The notes: a model not told the origin generated them from the letters alone. Positions 35,459 through 44,775 are shown, numbered from the stretch's first letter. The stretch is DNA of 64,000 bases from an uncultured Erysipelotrichaceae bacterium (GCA_902798595.1 CADBXE010000004.1:3659-67658), one strand, 5' to 3'. Program-made: numbers and translations.

Positions 35459-36244
35459 CTACTTTTCTAAATAATAAATTGGGAAGATTTGATTAGCAAG
35501 TCCGGTGATATCATCGATATCAAGAACGACTGCGGAGAAAACTCCTCTACCTTCATCAGGAACTTGGAATTTACTTTGTTGTCCATAGACAATCTTATTA
35601 ACCACGGTTTCCGCAGTAGAACCTAATACACCATCCGCAAAGCCAGTCATACCAACATCAGAGATAAAGGCTGTACCTTTAGGTAAGACATGAGCATCAC
35701 ACGTTTGGACGTGCGTATGTGTGCCTAGAACAGCACTTACTTTACCATCTAAAGCAAACGCTAATGATTGTTTCTCGCCTGTTGCTTCCGCATGGAAATC
35801 AACGATATGGATGGTTGCTGTTTCTTCTTCCTCGCTTAACAAGTTAAGGATGGAATAGTATGGTGCATTAACTTCTTCATTCATGAAAGCACTACCTAAT
35901 AAGTTAGTGACTCTAATGGACACACCATTGACTTCAAAAACCACACTACCTTCGCCAGGAAATTCCTTAAGTAAGTTATATGGTCTCACTAAACGATCAA
36001 CTTGATTAATGTAACGGAGGATTTCACTTTTACTCATATAGTGGTTACCAAGAGTAATAGCGTCCACTCCTGCATCAAGAAGTTCAAAGTATTGATTTCT
36101 TGTTAAGCCTTTGCCATGCGAAGCATTCTCGCCGTTGGCAATAACAAAATCAATCTCATATTTGTCAACATAATAAGGAATTCTTTCCTTAAGTAATCGA
36201 CGGCCTACACGACCGACCACATCACCGATAAATAAGATCTTCAA
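35459..36244 (-). CDS. ymdB: 2',3'-cyclic-nucleotide 2'-phosphodiesterase YmdB (metallophosphoesterase)
   Basis: MKILFIGDVVGRVGR and GNH motifs. Downstream of rny. Confidence 0.9.
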   Translation of the reverse strand: MKILFIGDVVGRVGRRLLKERIPYYVDKYEIDFVIANGENASHGKGLTRNQYFELLDAGVDAITLGNHYMSKSEILRYINQVDRLVRPYNLLKEFPGEGSVVFEVNGVSIRVTNLLGSAFMNEEVNAPYYSILNLLSEEEETATIHIVDFHAEATGEKQSLAFALDGKVSAVLGTHTHVQTCDAHVLPKGTAFISDVGMTGFADGVLGSTAETVVNKIVYGQQSKFQVPDEGRGVFSAVVLDIDDITGLANQIFPIYYLEK

Positions 36245-36272
36245 ATTATTATCTTTCTATGAAATAGGGCTA

Positions 36273-37829
36273 CTATTTCGCGGTCTCTATCGCACGATAT
36301 TCACGAATGACAGAAACTTTAATTTGACCTGGATAGGTCATTTCATTTTCAATACGTTCTTTGATGTCTCTGGCTAATTTGAATGCACCAACATCATCGA
36401 TCTTTTCTGGAATAACCATGACACGTAATTCACGGCCAGATTGCATCGCATATGATTGATAAACGCCATCATAAGACTTGCAGATTTCTTCAAGTTGTTC
36501 GATACGTTTGATGTAGTTTTCTAAGATTTCACTTCTTGCACCTGGTCTAGCAGCACTTAATGTATCAGCAGCTTGGACTAAGTTGGCAATGATGTATTTA
36601 GCAGGAACATCACCATGGTGAGATTCGATGGAGTTAATAACAACATCGCCTTCACCATATTTCTTGGCTAAACGTGCACCGATTTCAACGTGGCTACCTT
36701 CCATTTCGAAGTCAGCAGCTTTACCGACGTCATGTAATAAGCCCGCTCTCTTAGCTAAGTTTTGATCTAAACCTAATTCAGCGGCCATGATGCCACATAA
36801 GTAAGCAACTTCAACAGAATGGTCTAAAGCGTTTTGACCATATGAAGTACGGTATTTTAATCTACCGACATAGTCGAGTAATTCTTTGTTGATTCTTGGT
36901 AAACCAAGTTTGAAGGCAACTTCTTGCCCGGCTTTATGAATGGATTCGTCGACTTCTTTCTTAGTCTTTTCAACGATTTCTTCAATTCTACCTGGTTGAA
37001 TACGACCATCTTTAATTAATGCTTCGAGGGATAATCTCGCGATTTCTCTTCTGATAGGATTGAAGCAAGAAACTGTAATAACTTCTGGAGTATCATCAAT
37101 GATTAAATCAACACCTAATAATTGTTCTAAAGAACGAATGTTACGACCTTCACGACCGATGATTCTACCTTTCATTTCATCACTTGGTAAAGCGACAACT
37201 GAAACTGTTCTTTCGTTGGTGACATCTTGAGCATAACGAGCTAAGGCTAAGCCTAAGAGCTCTTTCGCTTTAGTATCACATTCTTCTTTCGCTTCTTCTT
37301 CTTTTTGCTTAATGAAGGCAGCGATTTCTTTACTGACCTTACTTTCGACACGGTTGAACAATTCGTCTCGTGCTTCTTGTGTAGACATTTGCGCAACCTT
37401 TTCAAGTTCGACGATAATGCTATCAATCTTTTCTTGAAGAGCGGCATCTTTCTTGTCTAATTCTTTTAAACGTCTGGATAATGTTTCGTTCTTTTCGTCT
37501 AAAGCATTTTCTTTAGAAAGAAGAGCGGCATCACGACGATCGATGTTTTGTTCTCTTTGATTAAGAGATCTTTCTTGCGCTTGTAATTCTTGTTTTCTTT
37601 CGTGGATTTCTTTACTAGCTTCTTGTTTCATTTCGTTGATAGCTTGCTTACCATCAATTTGTGCATTTTTAGTAATGTGTTCCGCTTTGATTTCTGCATC
37701 ACGAATAATTTTCTTGGATGTGTTTTTAGCAATATTGTTTCTAACAAATGGGATTAAGAAAGCAACTGCGGCGCCCGCAACTAAACAAAGAACACCAATA
37801 AGAATACCTAACCAAATTGGCATGTTCAT
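36273..37829 (-). CDS. rny: Ribonuclease Y
   Basis: N-terminal TM segment, coiled coil, KH domain ([12 protein letters not shown]), HD domain (LLHDVGK). Confidence 0.95.
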   Translation of the reverse strand: MNMPIWLGILIGVLCLVAGAAVAFLIPFVRNNIAKNTSKKIIRDAEIKAEHITKNAQIDGKQAINEMKQEASKEIHERKQELQAQERSLNQREQNIDRRDAALLSKENALDEKNETLSRRLKELDKKDAALQEKIDSIIVELEKVAQMSTQEARDELFNRVESKVSKEIAAFIKQKEEEAKEECDTKAKELLGLALARYAQDVTNERTVSVVALPSDEMKGRIIGREGRNIRSLEQLLGVDLIIDDTPEVITVSCFNPIRREIARLSLEALIKDGRIQPGRIEEIVEKTKKEVDESIHKAGQEVAFKLGLPRINKELLDYVGRLKYRTSYGQNALDHSVEVAYLCGIMAAELGLDQNLAKRAGLLHDVGKAADFEMEGSHVEIGARLAKKYGEGDVVINSIESHHGDVPAKYIIANLVQAADTLSAARPGARSEILENYIKRIEQLEEICKSYDGVYQSYAMQSGRELRVMVIPEKIDDVGAFKLARDIKERIENEMTYPGQIKVSVIREYRAIETAK

Positions 37830-38001
37830 AATTATGTTTCCTTTCTATTATAGAAATAAGTTAGTCTACAAGTAGACTTTACCTAAAATGCCCCCTATAA
37901 AGGAATAGAGATTTGCATTTTTTATAACTAACAGGTAAAACCCGATAATAAAGTTCTCGAATGAGAATATATAGGTAAGTATCTTTCGAGGATACGAAAT
38001 T

Positions 38002-38030
38002 ATTATATTCCCACAAATAAATAATGTCAT
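38002..38030 (-). promoter_or_regulatory. Putative rny promoter
   Basis: On the minus strand: ATGACA (38030-38025), a 17-nt spacer, then TATAAT (38007-38002). This implies a 5' UTR of about 165-170 nt. Confidence 0.5.
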
Positions 38031-38063
38031 TATTTTTTGTAGGTTGTCTGAAGGTTAGAGCAA

Positions 38064-38100
38064 GAAAAAAGACAGAGATGATAATGCATTTTTCTCTGTC
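38064..38100 (-). terminator. Intrinsic terminator of recA
   Basis: On the minus strand: GACAGAG...CTCTGTC followed by TTTTTTC. Confidence 0.7.
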
Positions 38101-38126
38101 TGTTTCTAGAAATTTTTAATATTTAA

Positions 38127-39128
38127 CTATTCGCTAACAACGCCAGTTTTGATTTTTTCTAAGAGTTCGTTGGCGACATCTTCGTTTTCTTTGATGTACG
38201 CTTTAGCGGAATCACGGCCTTGAGCAATCTTTTGACCGTTATATTCGAACCAAGAACCAGCTTTCTTGATTAAGCCCATTTCCACAGCGCGATCAAGAAT
38301 TTCACCTTCTTTAGAAATGCCTTGGCCATAAATAATATCGATTTCGCATTGCTTGAATGGTGCGGAGACTTTGTTTTTTACAATCTTCACGCGGCATGTA
38401 TTGCCAACGATATCAGCGCCTTGTTTAATAGCTTCTGTGCGACGAATATCAATACGGACGGAAGCATAGAATTTTAAGGCACGACCACCAGAGGTTGTTT
38501 CTGGGTTACCATACATCACACCGACCTTTTCACGTAATTGGTTAATGAAGATAACTGCACATTCTTTCTTATTAAGAACACCAGCGATTTTACGCATCGC
38601 TTTAGACATTAATCTAGCTTGTAAACCAACTGAGCTATCGCCCATTTCACCATCTAATTCCGCTTGTGGAACTAAGGCAGCAACACTATCGACAACGATT
38701 AAGTTGATGGAACCAGAACCAGCGAGCATTTCAACAATTTCTAACGCTTGTTCACCATTGTCTGGTTGAGAAAGAATTAATTCGTTAATATCAACACCTA
38801 AGTTTTTAGCATAGAGTGGATCAATTGCATGCTCAGCGTCAATAAAGGCTGCGCGACCACCTTGTTTTTGACATTCCGCAATAGCGTGTAACGCTAATGT
38901 GGTTTTACCACTACTTTCAGGTCCAAAGATTTCGATGATTCTACCTTTTGGATAACCACCAACACCGATGGCTTGGTCAATAAGCAATGAGCCGGTTGGA
39001 ATAGCATCGACATCGACTGTTTCTCTATCGCCTAGACGCATGACAGCGCCTTTACCATAGAGCTTTTCAATTTGTTTTAACGTCTCTTCAAGAGTATCGT
39101 TTTTTAAGTTCTCTTTTTCTTTTGCCAT
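38127..39128 (-). CDS. recA: Recombinase RecA
   Basis: GPESSGKTT Walker A and full-length RecA pattern. Confidence 0.97.
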   Translation of the reverse strand: MAKEKENLKNDTLEETLKQIEKLYGKGAVMRLGDRETVDVDAIPTGSLLIDQAIGVGGYPKGRIIEIFGPESSGKTTLALHAIAECQKQGGRAAFIDAEHAIDPLYAKNLGVDINELILSQPDNGEQALEIVEMLAGSGSINLIVVDSVAALVPQAELDGEMGDSSVGLQARLMSKAMRKIAGVLNKKECAVIFINQLREKVGVMYGNPETTSGGRALKFYASVRIDIRRTEAIKQGADIVGNTCRVKIVKNKVSAPFKQCEIDIIYGQGISKEGEILDRAVEMGLIKKAGSWFEYNGQKIAQGRDSAKAYIKENEDVANELLEKIKTGVVSE

Positions 39129-39164
39129 ATGAGATCTCCTTCTACTAAATAAATAGGTGTAGTA

Positions 39165-39184
39165 TTTGATTTTTTTCCTAAAAA
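39165..39184. repeat. 20-nt exact repeat, copy 2 (tttgatttttttcctaaaaa)
   Basis: Identical to 30484-30503. Confidence 0.9.
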
Positions 39185-39188
39185 ATTA

Positions 39189-39656
39189 TTATTTTCTTAA
39201 AGCGTTTTCTAATAGCGTAAACGCTAAAATTATTGCCTTTTCTTGTATTTTATTACGCTCTCCCTCTAATTGATAGGGAAATGCTTCAACTTTTTCTGGA
39301 GTTGCTAAGCCGATATAGACTTCACCAACTGGTTTATTTTCCATCGCTTCTGGACCAGCATTACCGGTGAAGGAAACACAGTAATCAACATTGAGTTTCT
39401 TTCTACCGAGTTCCGCCATTTGAAGAGCGATTTCTTTGCTCACCACTCCAAACTCGTCAACAAGAGCTTGTTTAATTCCAAGTAATGCCACCTTTTCTTC
39501 TGTTGCGTAAGTTACTAGGCCACCCTTATAGAACTTAGAAGCGCCTGAAACAGCGGTTATTTCTCTAGCGAACAAACCACCGGTAAACGATTCAACGGAA
39601 CCAAGAGTAACGCCTTTTTCACGGAACAAAGAATTAATGTCTTTAGAATTAAGCAT
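39189..39656 (-). CDS. pncC: CinA C-terminal-domain protein (nicotinamide-nucleotide amidohydrolase PncC-like)
   Basis: SVESFTGGLFA...GNAGP motifs. The start at 39656 (MLNSKD) overlaps the pgsA stop (ATGCTTAA). There is no MoCF-like N-terminal domain. Confidence 0.8.
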   Translation of the reverse strand: MLNSKDINSLFREKGVTLGSVESFTGGLFAREITAVSGASKFYKGGLVTYATEEKVALLGIKQALVDEFGVVSKEIALQMAELGRKKLNVDYCVSFTGNAGPEAMENKPVGEVYIGLATPEKVEAFPYQLEGERNKIQEKAIILAFTLLENALRK

Positions 39657-40305
39657 TTTTCTTTCCTTCTTTGAAGACATGCTTGTTTTGCACGACATAG
39701 ATGACACCGGAAATGAAAGAGGCTGCAGTGGCTAAATACACCAAGATATCAGCAATATGTAAGCCTGCAGGCCATGAGGTATCAAAATATCTGAATGGGA
39801 AACCATTGAGTAAAACTGCACCGATGGCAACCATTTCTAAAACTGTTTTAAGTTTTCCGAAGATATTAGCGGCGATAACTGTACCCTTGCTAGCGGCGAT
39901 GAATCTTAAGGCATCAACAACAATGTCACGCGCCACTAAGATAATTGCACACCATATATTAAAACTAATTACAGGAGCACAGCTACCTGGGATATATGGG
40001 GCAAAAACCGTTGGAGCCACCAAAAAGATGACAAGTGAGTTGACCAACAATTTATCGGCTACCGGATCAAGGAATTTGCCTAAATCAGTAACTTGATTAT
40101 TCTTTCTAGCAAGCTTGCCATCTAAGTGGTCTGTATAGCAAGCCACTACAAAGAAGACAAACAAGATTAAGAAGACTAAATTGATACCCGTATTCGCTAT
40201 TTCAATGGTTTGCCAGCCAGGAATTACACTTAAAACGAAAAGGGTAATAATCATCATTACAACAGCGATGATTCTAGCAAACGTGATTTTTGTTGGTAAA
40301 TTCAT
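39649..40305 (-). CDS. pgsA: CDP-diacylglycerol--glycerol-3-phosphate 3-phosphatidyltransferase
   Basis: D(x2)DG(x2)AR...G(x3)D(x3)D motif (DHLDGKLAR..GKFLDPVADK). Confidence 0.9.
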   Translation of the reverse strand: MNLPTKITFARIIAVVMMIITLFVLSVIPGWQTIEIANTGINLVFLILFVFFVVACYTDHLDGKLARKNNQVTDLGKFLDPVADKLLVNSLVIFLVAPTVFAPYIPGSCAPVISFNIWCAIILVARDIVVDALRFIAASKGTVIAANIFGKLKTVLEMVAIGAVLLNGFPFRYFDTSWPAGLHIADILVYLATAASFISGVIYVVQNKHVFKEGKKNA

Positions 40306-40321
40306 TTTGTCTCCTTAGTGA

Positions 40322-40655
40322 GTATCCGGTCCTATAAGCCATGTTCTGTTTTGACAACCATTTATCTAGGCAATGCCTACAAGGATTAATTCAGTTCTCT
40401 TTCCTTGTCTCCCCTACCAAATTTGGGTTTCTCGCTTGTGGGGTTTACCGCGTTCCACTTTATTGTTTCCAATAAACTACGTCACTGTGGCACTTTCAGG
40501 GATTCGACCATGGTTACCTTTAGGTTTCCTCCCGCCGTTACGTACTCCTACGTACCTAGCGTTATCTTTTCCGCTAGCGCAATCACTACGAGCATCACAG
40601 CTCGTGCGAGCATGGACTTTCCTCTACCGAAGCAGCGATTGTCCAGACCGGAATT
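40322..40655 (-). ncRNA. rnpB: RNase P RNA, type B (Bacillus-type)
   Basis: The minus strand reads ...AATCGCTGCTTCGGTAGAGGAAAGTCCATGCTCGCACGAG..., AGTGCCACAGTGACG, GGAACGCGGTAAACCCC and ACAGAACATGGCTTATAGGACCGGA. P1 pairs TCCGGTC with GACCGGA. It lies next to gpsB, as in Bacillus. Confidence 0.93.
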
Positions 40656-40663
40656 TTTAGATG

Positions 40664-41029
40664 TTATTTGATTGTGTCAGGATTGAATCCATGATTCCAA
40701 AGGAATTTCTCTAGAGCATTGATTTTCCTGACTAACTCGATATTGTCAGTTGTGACATTATCACTGGATTTAATATTGGTGAAGCGAGCTTTGTATCTTT
40801 CTAGTTCAACTTCAAGTTTTCTCTTTTCACTCTCTAAAACTTTGTTTTTCTGTCTAAGAGTCTCATATTCACCGTTCGGAATAACGACACTTGCTTCCAC
40901 AAGTTTATAGTCTTGAATGATCATATCTAAGAAGCGATCCACTTCCTCTGCATCATAAGCATTCTTATGCGTGATAGGAAATGTGTGATTTAAGATTGTT
41001 TGAGAGTTTAGAAAAAGCTTTACTGCCAT
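40664..41029 (-). CDS. gpsB: DivIVA-domain cell-cycle protein GpsB-like
   Basis: F....KNAYDAEEVDRFLD N-terminal DivIVA motif plus a coiled coil. 121 aa. Confidence 0.75.
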   Translation of the reverse strand: MAVKLFLNSQTILNHTFPITHKNAYDAEEVDRFLDMIIQDYKLVEASVVIPNGEYETLRQKNKVLESEKRKLEVELERYKARFTNIKSSDNVTTDNIELVRKINALEKFLWNHGFNPDTIK

Positions 41030-41128
41030 ATTTACTCCATTTCTTATATAATATAAGAGATAATTTTATAATTCAATCTTTTCTCTTTTGAAAAAAGAGG
41101 AAATAGTGATATACTATCAAAGAAATTT

Positions 41129-41854
41129 ATGAAGAAATTTGAAAAGTTATTAAAAGGTCATAAATCGTTGGTCTTCTTAGACTTCGAAGGCACACAATTC
41201 TCTCATGAGATGATTGCTATTGGTGCCGTTCATGTTGTGATTGACCGTCACGGTTATATCAAGAAAAGTAAAAAGCCTTTTAGGGCTTATGTTAAAGCAC
41301 ACAATAGAGTAGGCAAAATCGTTACTGATTTAACAGGTATCACCGAAGATATGCTCAAGCAACAAGGTGTTAGCTTCTACACCGCGATGAGCGAACTTAA
41401 AAAATACTGCGGTATCTCCTTTAAGAAATCATCATTCATTACCTTTGGTAATCATGATATGAAGATTCTTTCCTCTTCTATTTCCTATAGTTTTGATTTC
41501 CCAAAAGAAATCGTTCAATGCATTCAACAAAACTACATTGACTTCAGTGCTTTTATTTCTGAATTCATGAGAGATGATAAGGGCAATCCATTATCTTTAA
41601 TCAAATACTGTGATGCCTTTGGTGTAAAGCAAGCTGGTCCTGCTCATGATCCAGCCGTTGATGCGGAAAACTTAGCGTGGTTATATGACGCTACAATGAG
41701 AAAGAGTCATTTGCTTGTTGATGAATATAAAAAGGTATTGAAGACATTTAATCATTTCCCTGTTCCAGTTGCTAATACGCTTAAAAAGTTAGCGAGCAAT
41801 GAGAACGTCACATATCAAGAATTCGAAGAAGAGATTAAAAAGTATATTGAATAA
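41129..41854 (+). CDS. DEDD-family 3'-5' exonuclease (KapD/ERI-like)
   Basis: Exo I LVFLDFEGT, Exo II GNHDM, Exo III HDPAVDAENLA. Confidence 0.7.
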   Translation: MKKFEKLLKGHKSLVFLDFEGTQFSHEMIAIGAVHVVIDRHGYIKKSKKPFRAYVKAHNRVGKIVTDLTGITEDMLKQQGVSFYTAMSELKKYCGISFKKSSFITFGNHDMKILSSSISYSFDFPKEIVQCIQQNYIDFSAFISEFMRDDKGNPLSLIKYCDAFGVKQAGPAHDPAVDAENLAWLYDATMRKSHLLVDEYKKVLKTFNHFPVPVANTLKKLASNENVTYQEFEEEIKKYIE

Positions 41855-42447
41855 TGAGATATCCAAACGGTAAGACATATCAAAAGAAGGACAATGTAGA
41901 ACAGAAAAAAGAATCTGCTCATAGAACCCTTTTGAGCGCTGCAAACCGTGGTATGTCATTAGAGGAAGATATCAATCTTTCTAACGATTATTATCGTGAT
42001 GCTGGTATTGCATTAATTAATAAAAGGCCGACACCAATCAATATTGTGAAAGTTGATTATAGCAAGGGCGCTAGAATTACTGACGCCTATTTTGAAAAGC
42101 AATCCACTACTGACTATAACGGTGTATATAAAGGCCGATATATTGATTTTGAAGCCAAGAACACAAAGTCCACTACTTCATTCCCATTAAGTAACATCAG
42201 TGAACACCAAATCGTTCACTTAAAGAATGTTCTTAAACATGGAGGCATCGCTTTCTTTATCATCTCTTTCCAAATGAAAGATGAGATTTATCTATTAGAT
42301 GCTTCCTTTGTTATTGATTTTTATGAACACGGAAAAAGAAAATCCATTCCTTATGAAGTGTTTACTAAAGAAGGGATTTTAATTAAACAAGATTACTCTC
42401 CAAGACTACATTATTTAGATGCAGTCGAAGCATTATATTTTAAGTAA
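41854..42447 (+). CDS. recU: Holliday junction resolvase RecU
   Basis: NRGMSLEEDIN..N.YY... and DFEAK catalytic region. Coupled to the upstream gene by a TAATG overlap. Confidence 0.9.
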   Translation: MRYPNGKTYQKKDNVEQKKESAHRTLLSAANRGMSLEEDINLSNDYYRDAGIALINKRPTPINIVKVDYSKGARITDAYFEKQSTTDYNGVYKGRYIDFEAKNTKSTTSFPLSNISEHQIVHLKNVLKHGGIAFFIISFQMKDEIYLLDASFVIDFYEHGKRKSIPYEVFTKEGILIKQDYSPRLHYLDAVEALYFK

Positions 42448-43086
42448 TTATTTGCGGTTATTAATGCACATGTCGCTTATTTTACAGTTTTCACACTGTG
42501 GATTTCTTGCTGTACAGAAATAGCGGCCAAAATGAATTAATTGATGATGAGACTTAATCCATCTTTCTTCTGGAATAAGTTTTTTAAGCTTTCTTTCGAC
42601 GTCGATTGGCTCGTCTTCCTTTTTGGCAATATTGAGTCTTTTACTAATCCTTAATATATGCGTGTCTACAGGTAGATCAGGTATTTGAAAGATTTCTGCA
42701 CGTATCACACCTGCGGTTTTATTACCTACGCCTGGTAGGGTCATTAATTCGTCTTTATTAGAAGGAACATTGCCGTTAAATCTTTCCATTAAGTCTTTTA
42801 CAATGCCTTTTAGGTTCTTAGCTTTATTTTTATATAGACCAATTGGTTTCAGGATTTCTTCAATATCGATTAAAGGAGCATTATTGAGATCCTCTAAAGA
42901 AGGATATTTACTGAACAATATTGGTGTTATCGCATTGACTGACTTATCGGTCGTCTGAGCGGATAGCATCACTGCAATGACTAACTCATAATCTTTAGAA
43001 TAAAAAAGTTCACATCGCGCGGATGGGAACATTTCTTCTAAATAATTAAGTAAAGGAGTGATATTAGTCTTCATCATCCTCATCAA
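42448..43086 (-). CDS. nth: Endonuclease III
   Basis: HhH-GPD domain (LPGVGNKTA) and Fe-S cluster C-x6-C-x2-C-x5-C (CTARNPQCENCKISDMC). The exact start is uncertain (43074-43086). Confidence 0.9.
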   Translation of the reverse strand: MMRMMKTNITPLLNYLEEMFPSARCELFYSKDYELVIAVMLSAQTTDKSVNAITPILFSKYPSLEDLNNAPLIDIEEILKPIGLYKNKAKNLKGIVKDLMERFNGNVPSNKDELMTLPGVGNKTAGVIRAEIFQIPDLPVDTHILRISKRLNIAKKEDEPIDVERKLKKLIPEERWIKSHHQLIHFGRYFCTARNPQCENCKISDMCINNRK

Positions 43087-43717
43087 GCCAAGGTGTTTTA
43101 GCGATACGAATGGTTTCTTCTAAGTTCTTGGTCCAATCATCATCAATAGATGTTTTGCCTTCAGTTTCAAGATCTTCTCTTTTTGCCCATGTTAATAAAA
43201 TCTTATCCACGGATTTAATAGATTTCTTACCTTGGTTAATGGCTTCTTTTAATGCGTCGATAATGACTTCGTCAGTATAACCCATAGAAACCCATTCTCT
43301 AATTGTGCTAATTTCGATTGGAGATAAAGAACGACCTAATTCGTTTTGGAACTTTTCGAAAACGTTATTAAGTTGATTGCTTATTGTTTCACTATTCTTT
43401 GTTTCGTTTTCTTTAGAAACACTAATTTGGAATTCACGGTAAAGTTTTTCTTTTAAAGGATTTAAAGAAGTTACAGTTTTACCATTTAATGTTGCGTATT
43501 CCATTAATCCTCTGGTGAGGAGATCCGCCATAAGCTTATCAATTTCTTTAATGTCTAAGGACATCTTTAAAGAAAGCAAGTCCGCGGTGATAAATGGATT
43601 GCCTTGAGAAAGTAAGTGATCAATCATCAAGATAATGGCTAATTGATTCTCACTGATTTTAAGTTTTTTATAGTTTTCTAAAAGGAGAAAACGGAAATCG
43701 ATTGCTTCACTAATCAT
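43064..43717 (-). CDS. dnaD: DnaD-domain replication initiation/membrane attachment protein
   Basis: DnaB_2/DnaD C-terminal repeat (LSPIEISTIREW...). dnaD-nth synteny. Confidence 0.8.
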   Translation of the reverse strand: MISEAIDFRFLLLENYKKLKISENQLAIILMIDHLLSQGNPFITADLLSLKMSLDIKEIDKLMADLLTRGLMEYATLNGKTVTSLNPLKEKLYREFQISVSKENETKNSETISNQLNNVFEKFQNELGRSLSPIEISTIREWVSMGYTDEVIIDALKEAINQGKKSIKSVDKILLTWAKREDLETEGKTSIDDDWTKNLEETIRIAKTPWLDEDDED

Positions 43718-43721
43718 GCTA

Positions 43722-44414
43722 TTACTTTATCACACCCACTAGGTTTGCTATATCAAATTCTTGAAAAATTCTTTCTTTTTCTTGTTGGTCAACGACTTTG
43801 TCGTCAATCTTGGCTAATTCACTTCTGATTTTTGCGTCAGTCGTGTTTTTTAATAAATGGAAATTATCATGCATTGCTTTTAATAACGATTCTTCAATAT
43901 CTAAGTTATGCATAAGATGGAATCTAATGGCCCTTAAGATTCTTAATGGATCTTCTTTTAATCTAGTTTCAGGATTCCCTACTGCACGTAAGATATGGTT
44001 TTTTAAATCTTCTTGCCCGTTTGCATAATCAATGACATTTAAATCTTTATCCATATATAACGCATTGACAGTAAAATCACGGCGGGAGAAATCGTCCTTT
44101 AAATCTTTCACGAATTCAATCTTGCTTGGATGGCGGCCATCCAAGTACGCAGATTCTTTTCTTAAAGTTGTGATATCAAACTTCACGCCTTCCGGACTTT
44201 TGAATTTTAAGTAACCAAAACGGATAAAGGTCTTATCAATTTTTGGTAAGAACGAAGCAATTTCTTCTGGGGTCGCTTCACTAACACAGTCAACATCCGT
44301 TAATGGTTCACCTAAAAGATAATCTCTCACAGTGCCACCGACGAGATAAAGATTAAAGCCATGTGAATTGAACTTCTTAGCGAGTTCCTTAAAAATGTAG
44401 ATTTTAATTTCCAT
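43722..44414 (-). CDS. Short class-II nucleotidyltransferase (CCA-adding enzyme head/neck only, about 230 aa)
   Basis: Motifs GGTVRD...DVD, RRDFTVNA and EDPLRILRAIRF. I place the start at ATG 44414 (MEIKIY), 7 nt after a TACAAT -10 box. Confidence 0.7.
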   Translation of the reverse strand: MEIKIYIFKELAKKFNSHGFNLYLVGGTVRDYLLGEPLTDVDCVSEATPEEIASFLPKIDKTFIRFGYLKFKSPEGVKFDITTLRKESAYLDGRHPSKIEFVKDLKDDFSRRDFTVNALYMDKDLNVIDYANGQEDLKNHILRAVGNPETRLKEDPLRILRAIRFHLMHNLDIEESLLKAMHDNFHLLKNTTDAKIRSELAKIDDKVVDQQEKERIFQEFDIANLVGVIK

Positions 44415-44454
44415 AATAAATATTGTACACGCATTGCGTGATTTCATACAGTCG

Positions 44455-44482
44455 AAAAAACCAGCTCGGGGCTGGTTTTTTT
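44455..44482. terminator. Intrinsic terminator downstream of hup
   Basis: aaaaaaCCAGCtcgggGCTGGttttttt. Confidence 0.75.
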
Positions 44483-44490
44483 CGCATCGG

Positions 44491-44775
44491 CTACTTATTT
44501 AATTTGCCTTTAAGTGCTTTAGATAGTCTAAATGTCACTGAGCGAGATTCCGCAATCTTGATACGTGTGTGTTGTTTTGGATGTGTACCATCACGTGATT
44601 GACGGGTTTTTGGGGTGAAAACGCCAAAGTTTGTAATGTTGACTTCTTGACCTTCTAACAATGCTTTTTCAATTAAGTCGAAGCACAAGTCAAGTGCGTT
44701 TCTTGCATCCTTCTTAGAAAGATGACCCTCGTCTGCGACGATTTGGACTAAATCTCTTTTGTTAAACTTCTTCAC
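44491..44775 (-). CDS. hup: Nucleoid protein HU
   Basis: Typical HU fold sequence (FGVFTPKTRQSRDGTHPKQHTRIKIAESRSVTFR). GTG start at 44775 with an AAGGGAG RBS; the longer ORF is probably spurious. Confidence 0.85.
   Translation of the reverse strand: MKKFNKRDLVQIVADEGHLSKKDARNALDLCFDLIEKALLEGQEVNITNFGVFTPKTRQSRDGTHPKQHTRIKIAESRSVTFRLSKALKGKLNK

Noticed and set aside
39129-39188. I searched for a LexA/Cheo SOS box (GAAC-N4-GTTC) upstream of recA.
   Set aside because: No GAAC/GTTC dyad is present in the 60-nt spacer. Only the 20-nt repeat, reported separately, is there.
40373-40671. Two Pro/Ser-rich plus-strand ORFs (95 aa and 88 aa).
   Set aside because: They lie entirely within the RNase P RNA gene on the opposite strand. 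The relatively GC-rich structured RNA accounts for the open frames.
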